Positions 55,894 through 64,000 of a stretch of 64,000 bases of DNA are shown one piece after another. Origin of the DNA: the human T2T-CHM13v2.0 reference genome, Homo sapiens. Within the stretch, counting starts at the first letter, position 1; each line of letters starts with the position of its first letter. Location of the stretch: the NCBI RefSeq assembly GCF_009914755.1, contig NC_060944.1. One strand, written 5' to 3'. The notes beneath the pieces were generated by a model. It was not told the origin of the DNA. It did not search any database and saw only the letters and a list, made by a program, of their open reading frames with translations. Both the position numbers and the translations under genes were made by a program.

Positions 55894-56689
55894 TCATTTT
55901 GAATTTTCCTGGCCCTTGAAACAACTACATTTTTTCACTTTTATGACCAAGAAAAAGTCTGAGAAGCTCACGACCCCTCAGGATTAGGTACAGAGACCAC
56001 AGCAGCTGCTTGCCCTGGGAGCTCTTCATGCCTGTTCTCAGCCATCTTCAGTGAAGATTTCACAGGATAACCCAAACTGGCTCCTTTCTGTGACACCACC
56101 CAGGGAACTGCATTCCAAGTGTGGGTGTACACGGATCTCCACCATTGGTCCTTGCTCTCTCTCCTGTCCCATCCTTTCTCCCCTTCCTCAGTTATGCTCT
56201 GGGGCAGGTGAGTAATCCTGCATGCCTTCGGAGATGTCCATTTGGGAATGAGATCCTACCTTTCCTTTTCCCAGGCACCCCCAGCCTTATGAGGGATTCC
56301 CATCACGTGGCTTTAGAGATGAGAAGGCATCTTTGCCATGAACTCTTGCTTCATCAGGTTGAAACTCACTCTTCCTGTGAACCCCCCACTTCTCTCTATT
56401 CTTTCACATGCTGGGAAGGGGACTGCAGAGACCTTTAGGGATAGTACAGAGGATGTGTCTCCTCGTGGCCAGCCCAGGGCAGGGACTGGACCCAGTGGTT
56501 TGCAGCCCTTTTTAGAAGGTTGGCATTTAACTCACTTTGTCCTTAGGTTTGGTTCATTGTCATCAAGATGGAGCGATGATGAATGTCCTCCTCAACATCT
56601 TTTACATTTTACACTGATAACAGTTATTAGAAAGAACAAAGTTGGACTTGTGGATCAGTGTGCAGTACTAGAGAAAAGAGGAAAACTCT

Positions 56690-56865
56690 AACCTATTTTG
56701 AGTACTTACTTTTTTTCATCTAATTGTCACAAGACAGTGAAGTTGCTATCACCTTCACTTGATAAATGAGGAAAATTTGAGCTCAGAAAGTATTCAGAAA
56801 CTCGTTCAGGGTCTTAGAATGAATGAGTGAGACAGAAACACAAGTCTGTCTGATTCTAGAGTCCT
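56690..56865 (-). mobile_element. MIR
   Basis: gagtacttact...atgaggaaa..tgagctcagaaag...tctgtctgattctagag. Confidence 0.6.
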
Positions 56866-57290
56866 GTTTTTTTCTTTCATTCTTTCCTTTTGAAAAAATT
56901 CCCTTTACTACTTCTGCATTTGATACAAAGTGGTATCTGGTAAATGGGCCTGAAAACTTTCTAAATAACTAGTTTTAAATAATCTCTGTGGAAATTTATA
57001 CAAACAAAAAACTTCCTTGAAAAAGTATAAACTCCCTCTTCCAGTAGGCTACGACAGACTCTCAAATCATCCGCTTCAATCATTTAGAGCTGCCATGTGC
57101 CTTTGGCCTCCTGGTTAAAACTACATAGTCAGAATTGGAAATACAGGTAGCTATTAGTAGGAACAAAGACAGTGAATGTCCAGGACAGAACTGAGCTGCA
57201 TTTCTAGGTTTGAATGGAACCAGTAATAAAAGTCCAAAATAAATGATCACCTCCACCATTCACTCTTCTATGATGGGTGTAATGTATTAT

Positions 57291-58028
57291 TTTTTCTTTT
57301 TTAAAAAAAATTTTATTTTAGGTTCAGGGGTACATGTGCATGTCTGTTATATAGGTAAACTTGTGTCATGGGGGTTTATTGTACAGGTTATTTCTTAGCC
57401 CAGGTACTAAACCTAGTACCCAATAGTTATATTTTTCTGCTCCTCTCCCTCCTCCAACCCTTCACCCTCAGGTAGGCCCCAGTGTCTATTTTTCCCCTCT
57501 TTGTGTCAATGTGTTCTCATCATTTAGCTCCCTCTTTTACATGAGAACATGCAGAATTTGGTTTTCTATTCCTGTTAGTTTGCTAAGGATAATGGCCTCC
57601 AGCTCCATCTATGTTCCTGTGAAAGACATGGTCTCATTCTCTTTATGGCTGCATCATATTCCATGGTGTATACATACCACATTTTCTTTATCCAGTCTAT
57701 CATTGAAGGGTATTTAAGTTGATTCAATATCTTGGCTATTGTGAATACTGCTGCAGTGAAATATGCATGCATGTGTCTTTATAATGGAACAATTTATATT
57801 CCTCTGGGTATATACCCAATAATGAGATTGCTTGGCCGAATAGTGGTTCTGGTTTTAGCCCTTTGAGGAATTGCCACACTGCTTTCCACAATGGTTGGAC
57901 CAATTTACACTTCCACCAACAGTGTGTAAGCATTTCCTTTTCTCTGCAACCTCCTCAGCATCTGTTATTTTTTGACTTTTTAATAATAGCCATTTTGCCT
58001 AGTGTGAGATGGTATCTCACTGTGGTTT
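57291..58028 (-). mobile_element. Older L1PA 3' end inserted at the L1PB polyA tail
   Basis: ggttcaggggtacatgtgca 3' UTR; ORF2 remnant [14 protein letters not shown]. Confidence 0.88.
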
Positions 58029-58029
58029 T

Positions 58030-60517
58030 TTTTCTTTACTTCAATAGGTTTTTGGGGGACAAGTAGTGTTTGGTTACATAACTAAGTTTCTTTAGTGGTG
58101 ATTTCTGAGATTTTGGTGCATCCATTACCCGAGCAGTGTACACTGTATCCAATGTGTAGTCTTTTATCCCTCACCCCCTCCCACCTTGTCCCCCAAGTCC
58201 CCAAAGTCTGTTGTATCATTCTTACGTGTTTGCAACCTCATAGCTTAGCTTCCACTTATGATTGAGAATATCTGATGTTTGGTTTTCCATTCCTGAGTTA
58301 CTGCACTTAAAATAATGGTTTCCAGTTTCATCCAGGTTGCTGTGAATGCCATTATTTTGTTCAATTTTATGTCTGAGTAGTATTCCATGGTATATAGATA
58401 GGTACAGATATAGACATATCACAATTTCTTTATCCAATCATTGATTGATGGGCATTTGGGCTGGTTTTACATTTTTGCAATTGGGAATTGTGCTGCTATA
58501 AACATGCATGAGCAAATATCTTTTTCATATAATGACTCATTTTCCTTTGTGTAGATACCCTGTAGTGGGATTGCTGGTTCAAATGGTAACTCTGCTTTTT
58601 AGTTCTTTAAGGAATATTTACACTGTTTTCCATAGTGTTTGTACTAGTTTACATTCCCATCAGCAGTGTAAAAGTGTTCCTTTTTCACCACATTCCCTCC
58701 AACATCTATTATTTTTTGATTTTTTTATTATGGCCATTCTTGCAGGAATAAGGTGATATCGCATTGTGGTTTTGATTTGCATTTCCCTGATCATTAGTGA
58801 TATTGAGCATTTTTCATATGTTTGTTGGGCACTTGCATATCTTCTTCTGAGAATTATCTATTCATGTCCTTAGCCCACTTTTTGATGGGATTGTTTGTTT
58901 TATTCTTGCTTATTTGTTTGAGTCCCTTGTAGATTCTGGATATTAGTCCTTTGTGGGATGTATAGATTGGGAAGATCTTCTCACATTCTGTGGGTTGTCT
59001 GTTTACTCTGCTGATTGTTTCTTTTGTTGTGCAGAAGTTTTTTAGTTCAATTAAGTCCAACTATTTATCTTTGTTTTTGTTGCATTTGCTTTGGGGTTCT
59101 TGGTCATGAAGTCTTTGAATAAGCCAATGTCCAGAAGGGTGTTTCCAATGTTATCTTCTAGAATTTTTATGGTTTAAGGTCTTAGATTTAAGTCTTTCAT
59201 CCATCTTGAGTTGATCTTTATATCCCATGAGAGATGAGGATCCAGTTTCATTCTTCTACATGTGGCTTGTCAAGTATCTCAGTACCATTCGTTGACTAGG
59301 GTGTCCTTCCCCTACTTCATGTTTATATTTGCTTTGTCAAAGATGAGTTGGTTGTAAGTATTTGCCTTTATTTCTGGGTTATCTATTATGTTTCATTGGT
59401 CTATGTGCCTATTATACCAGTACCATGCTGTTTTGGTGACTATGGTCTTACAGTATAGTTTGAAGTCAGGTAATGTGATGACTCCAGATTTGTTCTTTTT
59501 GCTTAGTCTTGCTTTGGCTATGCAGGCTCCTTTTTGGTGCCATGTGAATTTTAGAATTTTTTTTTCCTAGTTCTGTGAAGAATGATGGTGGTATTTTGAT
59601 GGGAATTGCATTGAATTTATAGATTGCTACTGGCAATATGGTCATTTTCACAATATTGATTCTATTCATCCATGACCATGGGATATATTTCCATTTGTTT
59701 GTGTTATCTAAAATTTCTTTCAAAAGTATGTTGTAGTTTTCCTTGTAGAGGTCTTTCACCTCCTTGGTTAGGTATATTCCTAAGTATTTTTTTTCTGCAG
59801 CTATTGTAAAGGGGGTTGAGTTATTGATTTGATTCTCAGCTTGGTCGCTGTCAGTGTATAGAAGAGCTACTGATTTATGTACATTAATTTTGTATCATGA
59901 AGCCTGCTGAATTAATTTATCAGTTCTAGGGGCTTTTGGAAGGAGCCTTTAGGGTTTTCTAGGTATATGATCATATCATCAGCAAACAGTGACAGTTTGA
60001 TTTCCTCTTTACTGGTTGGATGCCCTTTCTTTCTCTTGTCTGATTGCTCTTGCTAGGACTTCCAGTAATATGTTGAATTGAAGCGGTGAGAGTGGGCATC
60101 CTTGTCTTGTCCGAGTTCTCAGGGGGTATGCTTTCAACTTTTCCCCATTCAGTATTATGTTGGCTGTGAGTCTGTCATAGATGGCTTTTATTACATTAAG
60201 GTATGCCCCTTCTATGCCGATTTTGCTGAGGGTTTTAATCATAGAGCAATGCTGGATTTTCTCAAATGCTTTTGCTGTGTCTATTGAGATGATCTTGTGA
60301 TTTTAGTTTTTAATTCTGTTTATGTGGTATATCACATTTATTGGCTGTGTATGTTGAACATCTCTGCATCCCGGGTATGAAACCCACTTGATCATGGTGG
60401 ATTATCTTTTTGGATATGCTGTTGGAGTCGGTTAGCTATTATTTTGTTAAGGATTCTTGCATCTGTACTCAACAGGTATATTAGTCTGTAGTTTTCTTTT
60501 TTTGTTATGTTCTTTCA
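58030..60517 (-). mobile_element. 5'-truncated L1PB
   Basis: ORF2 remnants; composite flanked by TSD gt(g/a)taatgtatt at 57277 and 60518. Confidence 0.92.
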
Positions 60518-60679
60518 GTATAATGTATTTTTTGAAGGAAAACATGAATAAACCAATGTTGTATCTACTGAAGTCATTATTGGTGCTCTCTCTCACTTGC
60601 AACCTGCCTTCACCTAAGGTCATACGAAGCTTCTAGGGTTCCCTCCTCAGTTTCCTCCTTCTAGGGTTCCCTATCAGAT

Positions 60680-61370
60680 TCAGATTCACCACTTTTTTTG
60701 TACCAAACTTATTTTAATGTTCCCTACAATGTTGAAATAAAATTCATAGATCACATGACCTATCTAGACACAAAATCTTTAAAACCATCAATATATTAAA
60801 CTATAATACAAATAAAACATAAGACAAATGTCTAATAAAAATAAATGTATATAAATTTGCAAATAATCAAGTATGATTAAATTTGAAGATATAATGCAAT
60901 GATATGAGGGTTGTATCTGTACATATAATGCCACAGCTACAAAGGCAGATGAGTCCAGGTGTGTAGTAGTGGTGGCTCAATTACCATAAGTATTGCTGCC
61001 TTAATGTTATTTTCTAAAATGGTAAAATAATCTGGATAACATTCCAAACAAAACAAGTAGAATTTCCCATGATTCACATAATGATTTATTTCTGAAAAAT
61101 TTAAGGTATATGAAAATTATGCCAAAAAATGCTTTTTTTTCATTTGTTATACAGAATTAGATTCCAAACCAGAAAGATTATAAGCAAGCTTTTTATCCTC
61201 ATGAATGCCTGGGGCCACTGAAAATCTGTGGGACACTGATCTGTGCATTGGAGGTGTTTACCATCTTCAGTGCACAGAGCTAAATGGCTCAATGCCAGGA
61301 GCACACCCTTCCTAATTAACCAAAATTGCCTTCAAAAGTTTCAAAACTTTCTGGGAGGCCATACTCGGCT
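60680..61370. mobile_element. Probable degraded hAT-type DNA transposon
   Basis: AT-rich sequence with loose Charlie-MITE-like motifs; family not resolved. Confidence 0.35.
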
Positions 61371-61737
61371 TCCTGAAAACTTAAATTTTGAGCACACTTG
61401 AAGAGGCCCTTCTAGTCAACATTGGTCACAAGTGAGATGCTCCTGGACCAAAGCCATCCTGCTTCCTGGAGCCTGACACCGCTGAGATTTCAGGCCTTAG
61501 TTAGGAGCTGGGAGGCTTTACCAAGGTTGATAACCAACCCCAACCTAGCCTTCTCAGATGGACCTCATGACCATACCCCATGAAGCACTGGCTGCTTCCC
61601 AGAATGTAGCCACCCAGAGGATGTAGGTCCCTTTCCAGTAAAGAAAAAGTTTACCCTTCTCTCTTCCTTAAAGGCATCTTCCCTTCCCCATTATACTCAC
61701 TCCAGCCACGGACATCACAATCTCTTCAAATTAAGCC

Positions 61738-62091
61738 AGCAGTTCTCAGAACGTGATCCAAGAAGTCTTGAGGTCCCTGAGACCCTCTCAGAGAGTCTGA
61801 GAGATCAAAAATATTGATATTATAATGTTAGGCACCATTTGCCTTTTTTATTCTTTCAGGAGTGTACAGTGGAGTTTTCCAGAGACTACATAATGTGATA
61901 CCAGGATAGAATGAATGAACACAGAGCAGACCTGAGAATCCAGCTGTCTTCTTTAAGCTATTAAAGAGATTCATAAAACAAACACAAAGCCACTGATAGA
62001 TAAAAACCTGTGTGAATATATCCCCTTGGGATCCTCAGTTACTTCTAACAGTGTCAAGGGGTCCTGAGGCCAAAAAGTTTGAGAACCGCTG
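61738..62091 (+). mobile_element. hAT-Charlie MITE
   Basis: Terminal inverted repeats cagcagttctca ... tgagaaccgctg; ggtccctgagaccct internal motif. Confidence 0.7.
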
Positions 62092-62459
62092 GTTTAGACT
62101 TTCTCAAAAGACAGAAAAGTATTTACTTTCAACAGCTACTATTTCCACAGACCCACTAGCCCCTGAAGCTGGGAAACTAAGATTCAGAGCTGATTCCTTT
62201 CCTACAGTGATGCGAAGAGAGGGGCTGGCAGACAGAGGGAAAAAAACAAACAAACCAAAAATGGAAACAACAAAGCTCAGACTTTCACCTCAGTAGATAT
62301 CCTCGGCTCACATACTTATCAGGCAATGAACATGACAGGCTGGGAGGAGGGTAGGGTGTGTATTTCATTTTCCACACCCAGATAATAGCCATTTAAAAAT
62401 AAGTGGCCACCACTGGTAATAAACAGCACTCGCCATTCCCACTTACAACTCACTCGGCT

Positions 62460-63090
62460 TATTCATTCCTTCAGTTAAGAGCTATTGAGGGCCTGCTATG
62501 AGCAGGGAAGAAATGGAGTGTTATCCTCACCAACTAGCTTACAGCTAGGAAGAGACCTAAAGGCATAGAGAAAATGAACTCTAATAAAAGTTGAAGGTGA
62601 AACGGCCTAACACAAAGGCAAAAATTCAGTTCTATAGGGATTCTGAAGCTTGATTTTTCTGTTTGGAGCAGTGAGCATCATAGCAAGTTACAATTTGAGC
62701 CGAGACTCTGGAGAAATAGGCTGCAGAGATTAGACATAGTAGGGAAGGACTTGATGGTGAAGAATAGCATGAAAAAAGCAGAGAGGCAAGAACTGGGGAA
62801 CAGGTTAGGAAACAGTCAGCTATAGCTAGTTTGGCTGGAATGCAGGGTGTGTGGAATTTACATATGGGAGATTGGGAAATAAAATTAGAGATGTACGTAA
62901 GGATCAGATCACAGAGAAGTTTCACTGTCAGGCTAAGGTTGTGACTAGGAAACCATAAGAAGACTTTGAGCTATTACCTTACAAGAGCTGTGCCTTAGAA
63001 CAGTGAGCCTTGGTGTACAGTGTAGGATCAATTAAAGTAGGAGAAACTGGAAAAGTATAAAATAAAAGACAGGAAGAAGAACCAGGAAAT
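62460..63090 (-). mobile_element. L2 fragment
   Basis: attcattccttc..tattgagggcctgctatg start; purine-rich L2-like body. Confidence 0.6.
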
Positions 63091-63109
63091 AACATTTATC
63101 ATGGGATGC

Positions 63110-63780
63110 ATTATAACAGCAAACATTGGCAAGGGTATAGAACAACTATGACTTTTGTACACCGCTGCTTGGAGTATAAAGTTGAAAAGTCACTTCTCAG
63201 CATTTTGGCAATTTCCTGCAATGTTTAACTTGACCTTATGACCCAGCAATTTCACTAAGTGTTTGCCCAAAACACAAAAAAACCTAAGTCCACAGAGAAA
63301 CTTGTACAATAATATGTCCAGCAACTGTGTTCAAAATATCTAAAAACTGGAAATAACCCAAATGTCCATCAAAAAATATTAAATAAATTATAGAATATTC
63401 ATATAATAGAATATTTAACAATAAAAAGAATGAACTATGATACACCACAACATGGTTGAGTATCAAAAATGTGTTAAGTAAATAAAGAGTATGTGCTCTG
63501 TGATTTCACTTACCGTGTTTGAAATCTAAATTCAGAGAAAGTTAATCTTTTATAGAAATTATAGAAATCAAATAGTGGCTGCCTGGGGAGAGATGAGAAG
63601 GGAAGGGTGGGGAATGGACTGGAAGGAGCATGAGGGAACTCCCTGGAGGAATACAAATGCTTTGCATATTATTTGGGGTAGTAGTACACATATTATACAA
63701 TTGTCTGAAACTCACAATCTGAACATGTGATACCTGTGCGTCTTATTTTGTAATAGTTCTGTCTTAGTTAGAAAAAATTC
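63110..63780 (+). mobile_element. Old L1M 3' region
   Basis: tatgacccagcaatttcact; aaactggaaataacccaaatgtccatcaa. Confidence 0.75.
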
Positions 63781-64000
63781 TAGGTCACTGAAAATGTAGC
63801 ATTCACTCACCCTTCCTGAAAATAAAACTTACAACTAAAAACACTTATTTCTATTATCTGTGGAATCAATCAAAATTAATACAATGGCTGAAATCGTGGT
63901 TGGAAAAAAGCTTATTAGTGAGCAATAAAAAAAACTATAGGTGAAAATAAATGTGCTTAGATTTTTAAATCAATTTACTAATTTCTGTAAAAGACAATTA

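Noticed and set aside
55960-56580. GC-richer unique island as a possible sixth PNMA relic
   Set aside because: No PNMA motif was apparent on inspection; only an isolated splice donor.

Overview
Primate (human-like) AT-rich, repeat-dense DNA with no intact protein-coding gene. The longer ORFs in the track are mostly L1, Alu, MaLR or Charlie remnants. The main non-repeat signal is five heavily decayed, co-oriented minus-strand remnants that resemble PNMA-family (Ty3/gypsy Gag-derived, capsid-like) genes: about 4.2-5.2, 18.8-20.8, 33.1-35.2, 44.8-45.3 (partial) and 52.4-53.1 kb. I identified them by hand translation against remembered PNMA sequences, so an HMM check is still needed. They lie in nested duplications. 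An ancient unit (about 1-10.8 kb vs 49.1-55.9 kb) keeps an identical 27-nt CTCF-like core. A younger unit (about 17.0-26.75 kb vs 31.0-44.8 kb) keeps a bidirectional promoter with RFX and forkhead motifs and splice sites on both strands. A mosaic junction zone (27.8-31 kb and 44.8-46.3 kb) includes an inverted L1 copy. Repeat subfamily names are from recall and are tentative. The chromosomal location cannot be read from the sequence.
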